From the NCBI GenBank assembly GCA_041946805.1, contig JBHGBC010000051.1, positions 1-35,807 of the forward strand: a DNA stretch of 35,807 nucleotides, read 5' to 3'. A program made the position numbers and the translations under genes. A model generated the notes under the pieces. It was not told the origin of the DNA, searched no databases, and worked only from the letters and a program-made list of their open reading frames with translations. Shown here in pieces: positions 19,588-28,415 of the stretch; the stretch's first letter is position 1; the number at the start of each line of letters is the position of its first letter. The stretch is from a bacterium (GTDB lineage: Bacteria; Hinthialibacterota; Hinthialibacteria; Hinthialibacterales; Hinthialibacteraceae).

Positions 19588-19962
19588 ATGGAGCAGGGAA
19601 TGGAATCCGGCCGAACATATCAGCACCGGTTCTACCGGGATGGAGCGCCGTACGCGGAAAGCCTGGAAAAGTGCCTGAAGACGATCCTTTCCCTGGCCGA
19701 GGGGAAGAACCGGCAGCAGGATTTTTTTATATCCCTCACATTGGATCTGATCCGGGGCATCCAGGTTCACCTGGAGGAATGCCAGACGGTGTTGGCGAAA
19801 AGCGAAGCCTTGGTGGAAGAGGCGCGGGCGCGGGAAAGCGGCGCGGAGGAGATACAAAAACTGGTTTCGCTGTGCCTTTCCCTGCAGGAAGTGCAATCGC
19901 GGCTGGCCGGACAGGTGATCGCCTGCTCCACCCGCGTGATCGATGAGATTTTTCCCCGGTGA
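19588..19962 (+). CDS. Hypothetical helical protein (124 aa)
   Basis: Natural composition with heptad-like Leu/Glu pattern, GGAG upstream, and a terminator-like hairpin immediately after the stop. Confidence 0.7.
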   Translation: MEQGMESGRTYQHRFYRDGAPYAESLEKCLKTILSLAEGKNRQQDFFISLTLDLIRGIQVHLEECQTVLAKSEALVEEARARESGAEEIQKLVSLCLSLQEVQSRLAGQVIACSTRVIDEIFPR

Positions 19963-19966
19963 GGGG

Positions 19967-20000
19967 GAAGCCGGCCGGTGGTCCGGCCGGGTTCATTTTT
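19967..20000 (+). terminator. Probable intrinsic terminator
   Basis: ccggccgg-tggt-ccggccgg stem followed by gttcattttt. Confidence 0.55.
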
Positions 20001-20121
20001 CCCTTGCCCTCTTGCGCGTGAGGGCGGGACGTGCTATTTCTATACAGATGGAGCGCAATCACGGAAAGGCGAGCCGCACGTGAGAAGCGCGATGAGATGA
20101 TTGGTCCGTAGGAGTTGATTT

Positions 20122-20565
20122 GTGGAAACGCCTTATCTATCGATGCCGGTCCAGTTCGCGACGGCGTTGATTTTCATGTTAGTGGCGGTGGCCTTTGTGG
20201 TCATCAGTATCCTCCTTCCCCGGCTGTTCCGGCCGATCCATCCTTATTCGGAAAAACTGACGAATTATGAATGCGGAGAACGGCCCCTGGGTACGCCCTG
20301 GATCCGGTTCAACCTGCGGTTTTACATCATCGCGATTTTATTCATCATCTTTGATGTTGAGGTATTATTCATCATTCCCTGGGCGGTGGAGTTCCGGCAT
20401 TTGTACCCCCAATTGGGGTGGCTGGTGTTTTTTGATATGTTTCTGTTCCTGTTGATTTTAGGGATAGGACTGGCCTACTGCTGGGTCAAAGGGCATCTGG
20501 AATGGGTGTTTCGGGACCGTCCGGTGATGGCCGGGGCCGAAACCCGTCCGGAGCCGAGACCGTAA
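20122..20565 (+). CDS. nuoA: NADH-quinone oxidoreductase subunit A
   Basis: KLTNYECG, RFYIIAILFIIFDVE, PWA, KGHLEW. AGGAG RBS 7 nt before the GTG. Confidence 0.97.
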   Translation: METPYLSMPVQFATALIFMLVAVAFVVISILLPRLFRPIHPYSEKLTNYECGERPLGTPWIRFNLRFYIIAILFIIFDVEVLFIIPWAVEFRHLYPQLGWLVFFDMFLFLLILGIGLAYCWVKGHLEWVFRDRPVMAGAETRPEPRP

Positions 20566-20595
20566 CCGCTCGTGGATTGAGGGTGTGGAAAAAAA

Positions 20596-20736
20596 ATGAA
20601 AGAACCGCTGGACTCTGTAAACACTCTGTTCACCATGTTCCCCCTGGCCGATGTCGTGATTTGCGCGGGCATTATATTAGCCATCGGATTGTTCCTCTGG
20701 AATAAGGGAGGGTACCCGGTGCCGCCGAAGCGATGA
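20596..20736 (+). CDS. Putative 46-aa single-pass membrane protein (not in ORF track)
   Basis: Hand translation: MKEPLDSVNTLFTMFPLADVVICAGIILAIGLFLWNKGGYPVPPKR*. One clear TM helix with a basic tail; purine-rich gagggtgtgga upstream; starts 30 nt after the nuoA stop. Confidence 0.55.
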   Translation: MKEPLDSVNTLFTMFPLADVVICAGIILAIGLFLWNKGGYPVPPKR

Positions 20737-20881
20737 AGCGTCCAATCTCTTCAATTCTGAGAAATCCACAGTAGAATTAGCCCTTACGTAAGGTATCCAA
20801 GTTCCAGGACGTAGAACGGGAATTCCCGGCGTGACGGCCTGCCGCGGAAACCGGGATTTCCGGAAAGGGTGGTTGTTGTTT

Positions 20882-21388
20882 GTGGGGTATTTACAGGGTA
20901 AATTCGAAGAAAACGTCATTGTGACTTCGGTGGATTCGCTCTTCAACTGGGCCCGCCTTTCGTCCGTCTGGCCGATGAGTTTCGGCCTCGCCTGTTGCGC
21001 CATCGAGATGATGCACGCGGCCAATTGCCGGTTCGACCTGGACCGGTTCGGGTCCGGCGTGTTCCGCGCGTCGCCCCGGCAGGCGGATCTGATGATCGTG
21101 GCGGGCACCGTCACCTACAAGATGGCCAAACGGATCAAGTTGCTGTACGACCAGATGCCCGAGCCCCGGTGGGTGATGGCCATGGGCAGTTGTGCGATCG
21201 GCGGCGGGCCGTATTACGAGTACGGGTATCACGTGGTGAAGGGCGTGGATCTATACGTTCCGGTGGATGTGTACGTGCCGGGCTGTCCGCCCCGTCCGGA
21301 AACCCTGGTGGCCGGGCTGATCGAGCTGCATCAGAAAATCCGTCAAGACCGGATCCTGCGCAAGGCGCGGGACGCGGACGCCGCCTGA
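20882..21388 (+). CDS. nuoB: NADH-quinone oxidoreductase subunit B
   Basis: [31 protein letters not shown] and [14 protein letters not shown] (N2 ligands). GTG at 20882 preferred over 20831. Confidence 0.97.
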   Translation: MGYLQGKFEENVIVTSVDSLFNWARLSSVWPMSFGLACCAIEMMHAANCRFDLDRFGSGVFRASPRQADLMIVAGTVTYKMAKRIKLLYDQMPEPRWVMAMGSCAIGGGPYYEYGYHVVKGVDLYVPVDVYVPGCPPRPETLVAGLIELHQKIRQDRILRKARDADAA

Positions 21389-21410
21389 GCCTTCCGGCCG
21401 CGCGAGGGGA

Positions 21411-21920
21411 ATGGGACCCAAGTCAATGGAGCACGTGGAAATCTTCAACCGGCTGCGGGAAGTCTTCGGCGGAGAGAAAATCCTCGAGCATGTGATCACG
21501 GGCGACGAGAAAAAAGGCCCGCGGGATCCGTTCATTCTCGTGAAGCGGGACGCGCTGGTGGAAATCGCCCGGTTTTTGCGGGACGACGCGGGCATGGCGT
21601 TCGAGATGCTCCATTGCGTCACCGCCGTGGACTGCCCGGACTGTTTCGAGAGCGCGTACCACCTGTTTTCGTTGAAACACCACCACCGCGTGGTCTTGAA
21701 GGCGCGGGCCCCGCGGGAGGATCCCCGGTTCCCCTCGGTGACCGGGATCTGGCCGGCGGCCGATTGGCACGAGCGGGAAGAGTACGACCTGGTGGGGGTC
21801 CGGTATGACGGGCATCCCAACCTCAGCCGGATTCTCTTGCCGGACGAGTGGGAAGGGCACCCGTTGCGGAAGGATTATGTCATGCCCGGCCACGACCGGC
21901 TGCGGGAGATTGGATTGTAG
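21411..21920 (+). CDS. nuoC: NADH-quinone oxidoreductase subunit C
   Basis: VTAVD, PSVTGIWPAADWHEREEYDL.G, GHPNL.RILLP, GHPLRKDY. Start could be 21426. Confidence 0.96.
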   Translation: MGPKSMEHVEIFNRLREVFGGEKILEHVITGDEKKGPRDPFILVKRDALVEIARFLRDDAGMAFEMLHCVTAVDCPDCFESAYHLFSLKHHHRVVLKARAPREDPRFPSVTGIWPAADWHEREEYDLVGVRYDGHPNLSRILLPDEWEGHPLRKDYVMPGHDRLREIGL

Positions 21921-22052
21921 AGGCTAAATCCGGCCGGGGAAATTGATGCCGTTACGGTTGGTTCATCCGGGAATTGAGTATTTGATTGTCAATACGCATT
22001 TTTCAATACTCTCGTTCTTTGGGTGGACATCCGAGTTCGTTGCTGAAGAAAT

Positions 22053-22086
22053 CCCTCACCCTAACCCTCTTCCAGAGGGAGAGGGA
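22053..22086. repeat. CCCTCACCC..GGGAGAGGG repeat between nuoC and nuoD
   Basis: ccctcaccctaaccctcttccagagggagaggga. Confidence 0.8.
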
Positions 22087-22192
22087 AAGGACGTGAGAAG
22101 GTCCTAGCACCGGCGGACTCATGACCGCCGGCTGGATTCGAGAAGACAATCTCCGCCGTTCTTTGGGACGGCCTGATGGGATCGAAGAGATC

Positions 22193-23335
22193 ATGGTAAT
22201 CCCCGCGCAGCCGAAACCCTTGCAAGGCGAGCCCATGGTGGTGTTCATGGGGCCGCAGCATCCCAGCACCCACGGCGTGTTGCAGGTGGAGTTGCACACG
22301 GATGGCGAGGTGGTGGAACGGGCGGTTCCCCGCATCGGATTTCTGCACCGCTGCAAGGAGAAGATCGGGGAATCGGTGGCCTACGAATCGTATGTGCCCT
22401 ACACCGACCGGATGGATTACCTGGGAGCGATGAACACCAACTGGGTGTGGTCGATGGCGGTGGAGAAGTTGTGCGGCATCGAGGTGCCGGAGCGGGCGGA
22501 ATACATCCGGGTGTTCGTGGGGGAGTTGAACCGCATCGCCAGCCACTTGTTGTTCATGGGCGCGTTCGGGATGGATCTGGGGGCGATCACGCCGTTTCTG
22601 CACGTGTTCCGGGACCGGGAGCTGGTGCTGGACATTCTGGAAGAACTGTCGGGCGCGCGGTTGTGCTTCGGGTATATCCAGATCGGCGGGGTGCACGCGG
22701 ACATGACGCCGCGGGCGATGGACATGGCCAAGCGGTTTTTGAAGGTGTTGCGTCCCCGGCTGGACGATTTGAACGAGTTGCTGAGTTACAACCAGATCTT
22801 CATCAAACGCAGCGCCAAAATCGGCGTGATCACGGCGCAACAGGCCCTCGCCTACGGCCTGACCGGCCCGATGCTGCGCGCCTCGGGAGTGGATTGGGAC
22901 CTGCGGCGCGACGAGACGTATTCCGTCTACGACCGGTTCGAATTCGATATCCCCACCGGGCAGGGGCTCAAGGGCGCGGTGGGCGACTGCTGGGACCGGT
23001 ATTACCTGCGGGTGCGCGAGATGTACGAGAGCGCGCGCATCCTGGACCAGGTGATCGAGGGCTTTCCCGAAGGCGGCGAGTTCCGGGGCAAGGTGCCCGG
23101 CGTGTTGCGTCCGCCCAAGGGAGGCGAAGTGTACGTCCGGGCGGAATGCCCGCGGGGCGAGGTGGCGTTTTACATGATCAGCGACGGATCCACGAAGCCT
23201 TACCGCCTGCGGGCGCGTGGACCTTCATTCTGCAATCTGAGCATTTTTGAGACGATATCCAAGGATATGCTGATCGCCGATCTGGTGGCCACCTTGGGGA
23301 CCTTTGACCTGGTGATGGGGGAGGTGGACCGGTAA
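22193..23335 (+). CDS. nuoD: NADH-quinone oxidoreductase subunit D
   Basis: MGPQHPSTHGVL, DRMDY, ELNRIASHL, GPMLRASG, and C-terminal DLVMGEVDR. No Ni-binding CxxC motifs. ATG 22193 preferred over 22121. Confidence 0.97.
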   Translation: MVIPAQPKPLQGEPMVVFMGPQHPSTHGVLQVELHTDGEVVERAVPRIGFLHRCKEKIGESVAYESYVPYTDRMDYLGAMNTNWVWSMAVEKLCGIEVPERAEYIRVFVGELNRIASHLLFMGAFGMDLGAITPFLHVFRDRELVLDILEELSGARLCFGYIQIGGVHADMTPRAMDMAKRFLKVLRPRLDDLNELLSYNQIFIKRSAKIGVITAQQALAYGLTGPMLRASGVDWDLRRDETYSVYDRFEFDIPTGQGLKGAVGDCWDRYYLRVREMYESARILDQVIEGFPEGGEFRGKVPGVLRPPKGGEVYVRAECPRGEVAFYMISDGSTKPYRLRARGPSFCNLSIFETISKDMLIADLVATLGTFDLVMGEVDR

Positions 23336-24385
23336 ATGGCGCTGGTGCTCTCGATTCTCGCGTGGTTGCCGCTGATCAACCGGCTTCCGGAATCCCTCCT
23401 GCTGATCCTGGCGGCGGTGATTTGCGCCGCCGTGGCCTTGGGCGCGGTCTCGGTGGTGGCGCTGGTGGCGGTGTGGGCGGAACGGAAGGTGTCCGCGCAC
23501 ATGCAATGCCGCCTGGGCCCCATGGAAGTGGGCTGGCACGGCATATTCCAGACGGCCGCCGACGGACTGAAGTTGTTCATCAAGGAAGACATCATCCCCG
23601 CGATGGCGGACAAATGGCTGTTCATCATGGCGCCGGCGGTGGTGTTCAGCGGGGCGCTCTTGGCCTGGGCGGTGCTGCCTTTGGGGCCCTATTGGGTGCC
23701 GGCCGATCTGAACATCGGGGTGCTGTATCTGCTGGCGACCTCGTCCCTGGTGGCGATCGGGATCATCATGGCCGGGTGGTCGTCGCACAGCAAATGGTCG
23801 TTGTACGGGGGGATGCGGACGGCGGCGCAGTTTTTGAGCTACGAAATCCCCTCCGCTCTTTTTCTGCTGCCCCCGGTGCTGATGGCGGGTTCGTTGCATT
23901 TGGGGACCATCGTGGACGCGCAACAGGGCGGGATCCTGGGAGTGGGGAACTGGTTTGTCTGGAGTCCGTTCTGCCTGACCGCGTTTGTGTGCTATTACGT
24001 GTCGTCGCTGGCGGAGACGGGGCGGATTCCCTTCGACCTGCCGGAATCGGAATCGGAGCTGGTGGCCGGTTTTCATTCGGAATATTCGGGGATGCGGTTC
24101 GCCTTTTTCTTCATGGCGGAATACGCGGATCTGTTCGTGGTCTCGGCGATCGCCACGCTGCTGTTTCTGGGCGGCTGGCACGGCCCGTTTGGCCTGCACG
24201 GGACGGTGATTTATATTTTGAAAGTCAGCGCGGTGATATTCGTCGCCCTGTGGCTGCGCTGGACGCTGCCCCGCCTGCGCATCGACCAGTTGATGGCCAC
24301 GTGCTGGAAGTTCCTGATTCCCCTGGGACTCATTAACATCCTGGGCGCCGGTTTGTGGCTGGCGCTGACGGGGGATTTGAAATAG
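23336..24385 (+). CDS. nuoH: NADH-quinone oxidoreductase subunit H
   Basis: ERKV..MQ.RLGP, ADGLKLFIKE, SYE, R.PFDLPESESELVAG, RWTLPRLRIDQLM. Directly abuts the nuoD stop. Confidence 0.98.
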   Translation: MALVLSILAWLPLINRLPESLLLILAAVICAAVALGAVSVVALVAVWAERKVSAHMQCRLGPMEVGWHGIFQTAADGLKLFIKEDIIPAMADKWLFIMAPAVVFSGALLAWAVLPLGPYWVPADLNIGVLYLLATSSLVAIGIIMAGWSSHSKWSLYGGMRTAAQFLSYEIPSALFLLPPVLMAGSLHLGTIVDAQQGGILGVGNWFVWSPFCLTAFVCYYVSSLAETGRIPFDLPESESELVAGFHSEYSGMRFAFFFMAEYADLFVVSAIATLLFLGGWHGPFGLHGTVIYILKVSAVIFVALWLRWTLPRLRIDQLMATCWKFLIPLGLINILGAGLWLALTGDLK

Positions 24386-24392
24386 GTGGACC

Positions 24393-24893
24393 ATGTCGGT
24401 TTTGAGTGATGTCTATTACGGTTTTGTGACGACGTTGAAAGGCATGGTGGTGACGGGCAAGGAGTTTTTCCGCCCCTCGATCACCGTGCAATATCCCAAG
24501 GAGAAGCGGTTCATCCCGGACCGGTTCCGGGGCATGCTGGTGAACGACGCGAGTATTTGCATCGCGTGCGACAAGTGTGTCCGCATCTGCCCGGTGGACT
24601 GTATCGAGTGCGAGGCCACGGGGAAGGGCAAATCACGCCGGCCTTCCCTGTTCACGATCGATTACGTGAAATGCTGCTGGTGCGAGTTGTGCGTGGATGT
24701 CTGTCCGGTGGACAGCCTCTATATGTCTCACGATTACGAAACGGTCTTCACGGACCGCAGCCGGATGATCCGCGATTTCGTGAAGGATCCGATTCCCCCC
24801 ATCGGGGGGACCCGCGTTCCCGGAGAGGCCACGCCTCCCGGGCCGGGAGACAAACCGGAGGAGCAAAGCGAGAGTGGGCGAACTGCTGCATAG
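24393..24893 (+). CDS. nuoI: NADH-quinone oxidoreductase subunit I
   Basis: TVQYP, RFRG and two CxxCxxCxxxCP [4Fe-4S] motifs (CIACDKCVRICP, CCWCELCVDVCP). Confidence 0.96.
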   Translation: MSVLSDVYYGFVTTLKGMVVTGKEFFRPSITVQYPKEKRFIPDRFRGMLVNDASICIACDKCVRICPVDCIECEATGKGKSRRPSLFTIDYVKCCWCELCVDVCPVDSLYMSHDYETVFTDRSRMIRDFVKDPIPPIGGTRVPGEATPPGPGDKPEEQSESGRTAA

Positions 24894-25446
24894 TCTGATT
24901 TTTTACTTCTTGGCGGTGATCGTGCTGGCTTCGGCCGCCTTCACCGCGTTCGCGCCGAACCTGGTCCACGCGGCGTTTTCCCTGCTGTTCACCTTTTTTG
25001 GAGTGGCCGGCCTGTATCTGTTGCTGGGGGCGGATTTTGTCGGGATTTCGCAAGTTCTCATTTACGTGGGGGGCATCCTGGTGCTGTTGCTCTTCGGGGT
25101 GATGTTCACCAGCAACCTGGCGGGCGTGGTGGTGAAGCAGGTGTTGCAGTTCCGGTGGGGGATCGCTTTCCTGGTGATCTTGTTTGCGGCGTTGGCGCCC
25201 ATGATTTATATCACACCCTGGCCGGTGATGCCGGATCCGGGGAGCAAGGCGCTGGAATCCACGGTGACGCCGATCGGGCAGATTTTGTTGACCCGGTACC
25301 TGCTGCCGTTCGAAGTCGCCTCGCTGTTGTTGCTGGTGGCGCTGATCGGAGCGGTGGTGATCGCCCGCGGCGAACCCAAGAGCGGGCCGGAGGAAGAGCA
25401 CGATCCGGCGGCGTCGTACAGAGAGGCACGGCCTTCCAGCCCGTGA
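24874..25446 (+). CDS. nuoJ: NADH-quinone oxidoreductase subunit J
   Basis: N.VHAA, QVLIYVGGI.VL.LFGVM, YLLPFE.ASLLLLVALIGAV. GGAGGAG upstream of the GTG. Confidence 0.96.
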   Translation: MGELLHSLIFYFLAVIVLASAAFTAFAPNLVHAAFSLLFTFFGVAGLYLLLGADFVGISQVLIYVGGILVLLLFGVMFTSNLAGVVVKQVLQFRWGIAFLVILFAALAPMIYITPWPVMPDPGSKALESTVTPIGQILLTRYLLPFEVASLLLLVALIGAVVIARGEPKSGPEEEHDPAASYREARPSSP

Positions 25447-25506
25447 ATCGCGTAACGAAACGGCCGGGGATCAGCGCCAGGGGGAAGAACGCTGGAGAGA
25501 AGGCTG

Positions 25507-25541
25507 CCCTCACCCCGGTCCTCTCCCGGGGGGAGAGGGGG
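25507..25541. repeat. CCCTCACCC..GGGAGAGGG repeat between nuoJ and nuoK
   Basis: ccctcaccccggtcctctcccggggggagaggggg. Confidence 0.8.
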
Positions 25542-25670
25542 AAGAAAAGAGGGGTATCGTGGAGGGGGGGCGTGGAGATCAATCCGCCTTGCGGGGCGGA
25601 GGAACCGAGAAAAAATCAAGGCAAGGTCAGGACACAGGCAGTGCGCCAAGGCGGCGGGCGGGAATAGCGA

Positions 25671-25982
25671 ATGACTATAACACTTGAACATTACCTGGTG
25701 GTGTCCGTCTCCCTGTTTTTGTTGGGAATGTTCATCGTCATGACGCGCCGGAACGGCATCCGGATTCTCATGGGCGTCGAGTTGATCTTGAACGCGGCCA
25801 ATGTGAACCTGATCGCGTTCAACCGGTATCTGCCCCAAACGGACGTATCCGGAAACGTGTTCGCCGTGTTCGTGATCATCCTGGCGGCGGCGGAGGCGGC
25901 GGTGGCGTTGGCCATCGTGTTGGCGGTATACCAGCAGTTTTCCACGATCCAAATGGATGAAATCAGCACGATGAAGCATTAG
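25671..25982 (+). CDS. nuoK: NADH-quinone oxidoreductase subunit K
   Basis: RRN.I.ILMGVELILNAANVN and AAAEAAVALAI. Confidence 0.97.
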   Translation: MTITLEHYLVVSVSLFLLGMFIVMTRRNGIRILMGVELILNAANVNLIAFNRYLPQTDVSGNVFAVFVIILAAAEAAVALAIVLAVYQQFSTIQMDEISTMKH

Positions 25983-25990
25983 AAACCAAT

Positions 25991-26177
25991 CCCTTCTCCT
26001 GATGAGGAGAGGGTTGGAGTCAATGTCATGATGGTACGAAAAAGTTGTCATTCCCACGAGAGTGGGGATTCAGGAAAAGGCGGGATTCTCTACCCAACCG
26101 GAGGAGAAAATCGAAGAGCCAATACCGCGGATGTCAGTCTTTCCCTCACCCTGGCCCTCTCCTGGAGGGAGAGGGGA
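25991..26177. repeat. Repeat cluster between nuoK and nuoL
   Basis: cccttctcctgatgaggagagggttgga (25991-26018), gtcattcccacgagagtggggattcagg (26047-26074), ccctcaccctggccctctcctggagggagagggga (26143-26177). Confidence 0.75.
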
Positions 26178-26331
26178 TGAAGCGTAGAGGCAAGTTGGTT
26201 TTATCTGAATGACCTTGGGATTCGGGTGAGGGAAACCAAATGCCCGAGGCAGGGTAGAAGAGGATCCGGCTGGCCGGGGACGCAATCCCGGGGATGTACG
26301 TGACGCAATCTTATGAGATCGAGACCTGCAG

Positions 26332-28341
26332 ATGATTGATGGCTTGGCTTGGCTTATACTCGCGTTTCCGTTGATGGCGTTGGGCGTCCAGCTCTTTTTC
26401 GGAAAGCAGCTGCCGCGGCAGGGGGATTTTGTTTCAACGGGGGCGATGGGAATGTCCCTGCTGTGCGGGCTGCTGCTGTTTTTCGTGGTGGTGGTCTGGC
26501 ATCACGATCCGGGATTCATTTATCCCGCCCAGCCCGCGGCCTTGAGCTGGTTCTCGGGAGGGAACTTGCAATTCAGTTTCGGCTTTCACATCGACGCGCT
26601 GACCGCGGTGATGGTGGTGGTGGTGGGCGTGGTGAGTTTTCTGGTGCATGTGTATTCGATGGGATACATGCGCGGGGAAGCGTTTTACGACCGGTATTTC
26701 GCCTATCTCAGCCTGTTCAGTTTTTCCATGCTGCTCTTGGTGCTGTGCGACAACCTGTTTGTGCTGTACATCTGCTGGGAGCTGGTGGGCGTGTCGTCGT
26801 ACCTGCTGATCGGATTTTATTTCTGGCGTCCCTCGGCGGCGGACGCGTGCAAAAAGGCGTTCATCACCACCCGGGTGGGCGATGTTTTCATGCTCATCGG
26901 CCTGCTGATGGTGGTGCTCCAAACGGGCACGTTCAATTATCGTGAAATCTTCGAGGCGGTGGCCCGGGGGCAGTTGTCAGGCGCGGTGCTGACCGTGGCG
27001 GCGATCTGCCTGTTCGGCGGGGCGGTGGGCAAGTCGGCCCAGTTCCCGTTGCACGTGTGGCTGCCGGACGCGATGGAAGGCCCCACGCCGGTCAGCGCGC
27101 TGATCCATGCGGCGACCATGGTGGCGGCGGGCGTGTACATGGTGGGGCGGCTGTTCCCGATCTTTTCGGCCTCGCCCGCGGCCATGCTGGTGATCGCCTA
27201 CATCGGGCTGATCACGGCGTTTTTCGCGGCCACCATCGCCATCACGCAGACGGACATCAAGCGGGTGCTGGCCTATTCGACCGTCAGCCAGCTGGGGTAC
27301 ATGATGACGGCGCTGGGGGTGGGCGCGTACACCGCCGGGCTGTATCACCTGATGACCCACGCGTTTTTCAAGTCGCTGCTCTTCCTCTGCAGCGGGTGTG
27401 TTATTCATGCGGTTCATACCAACGAAATCACGCAGATGGGCGGATTGCACCGGAAGATGCCGGTGACCGCCTTGACCATGCTGATCGGCACGCTGGCCCT
27501 CGCCGGAGTGCCTTTCTTCTCGGGCTTCGGCAGCAAGGACGCCATCCTGGCGGGGGCGCTGGATTTCGGCCTGCAGCATCCCCAGCACTTGCTGATCTTC
27601 CTCGGCTTGCTGGCGGGCGCGGGGATCACCGCGTTTTACATGTTCCGCCTGATCTTCCTGACCTTCTTCGGCGAGCCGCGCGATCCGGAGCGGTACGAAC
27701 ACGCCCACGAAGCGCCGGACGTGATGACCATGCCCCTGGTGGCGCTGGCGGTGCTGTCGATAGTCGGCGGTTTTGGAATATACGGCGCGCTGTGGTTCAC
27801 CCATCTTGTCGTGCCCCCGGTGATCGGCGAAGCCGCCCATGCGGCGGAAGGGCATCACGGGAGCGCGGTGGCGCATTACGGGGCGATGGTGTTGTCGATT
27901 CTGGCGGCCTTCAGCGGGATCGCGCTGGCGTATTTCATGTATTACTCGAAAACGATCCCGGCGGACGCGCTGGCGGCGAAATACCCGTGGCTGTATGACT
28001 GGTCCCACGCCAAGTACCGGGTGGACGAGTTCTACGAGCGCACGGTGATCGCCTTCCTATTAAGGCTTCGCCTCTGGCTGAAGTGGTTCGACGACCAGGT
28101 GGTGGACGGGGCGGTGAACGCCACCGCGCCGGCGTTGCGGGGGACGTCGTACTTTTCCGGCGCGTTCGACAAGTATGTCGTGGACGGGCTTGTGAACCTG
28201 CTGGGCATCGTGGTGCAGGCGGCGGGGGCGGTGACGACGCTGTTCCAAAGCGGAGTCATTCAGAATTATTTGTTGAAGATGGGACTGGCGCTGGGCGTGA
28301 TCCTGTTGATCCACAACGTGATCGCCCGCGTGATAGGATAG
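26332..28341 (+). CDS. nuoL: NADH-quinone oxidoreductase subunit L
   Basis: WELVG.SSYLLIGF, KSAQFPLHVWLPDAMEGPTPVSALIHAATMV, DIKRVLAYSTVSQLGYM, THAFFK, and a long C-terminal amphipathic region. Confidence 0.98.
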   Translation: MIDGLAWLILAFPLMALGVQLFFGKQLPRQGDFVSTGAMGMSLLCGLLLFFVVVVWHHDPGFIYPAQPAALSWFSGGNLQFSFGFHIDALTAVMVVVVGVVSFLVHVYSMGYMRGEAFYDRYFAYLSLFSFSMLLLVLCDNLFVLYICWELVGVSSYLLIGFYFWRPSAADACKKAFITTRVGDVFMLIGLLMVVLQTGTFNYREIFEAVARGQLSGAVLTVAAICLFGGAVGKSAQFPLHVWLPDAMEGPTPVSALIHAATMVAAGVYMVGRLFPIFSASPAAMLVIAYIGLITAFFAATIAITQTDIKRVLAYSTVSQLGYMMTALGVGAYTAGLYHLMTHAFFKSLLFLCSGCVIHAVHTNEITQMGGLHRKMPVTALTMLIGTLALAGVPFFSGFGSKDAILAGALDFGLQHPQHLLIFLGLLAGAGITAFYMFRLIFLTFFGEPRDPERYEHAHEAPDVMTMPLVALAVLSIVGGFGIYGALWFTHLVVPPVIGEAAHAAEGHHGSAVAHYGAMVLSILAAFSGIALAYFMYYSKTIPADALAAKYPWLYDWSHAKYRVDEFYERTVIAFLLRLRLWLKWFDDQVVDGAVNATAPALRGTSYFSGAFDKYVVDGLVNLLGIVVQAAGAVTTLFQSGVIQNYLLKMGLALGVILLIHNVIARVIG

Positions 28342-28415
28342 GAAAAACCACCGCGGCCCTCCCGCCGGCAAGCGGGAAAGACGGCCGCGAACGATGCAAC
28401 CGGGAGCCGGCAAGG

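Noticed and set aside
21982..21992. FNR box (TTGAT..ATCAA)
   Set aside because: The sequence is TTGATTGTCAA, with the wrong spacing and second half-site.
22193..23335. Group 4 [NiFe]-hydrogenase (Ech/Hyf) interpretation of the operon
   Set aside because: The large subunit lacks both CxxC Ni-binding motifs and ends in GEVDR; nuoA, J and K are present.
4564..26177. CRISPR array
   Set aside because: The repeats are dispersed and degenerate, with no regular repeat-spacer periodicity and no cas genes.
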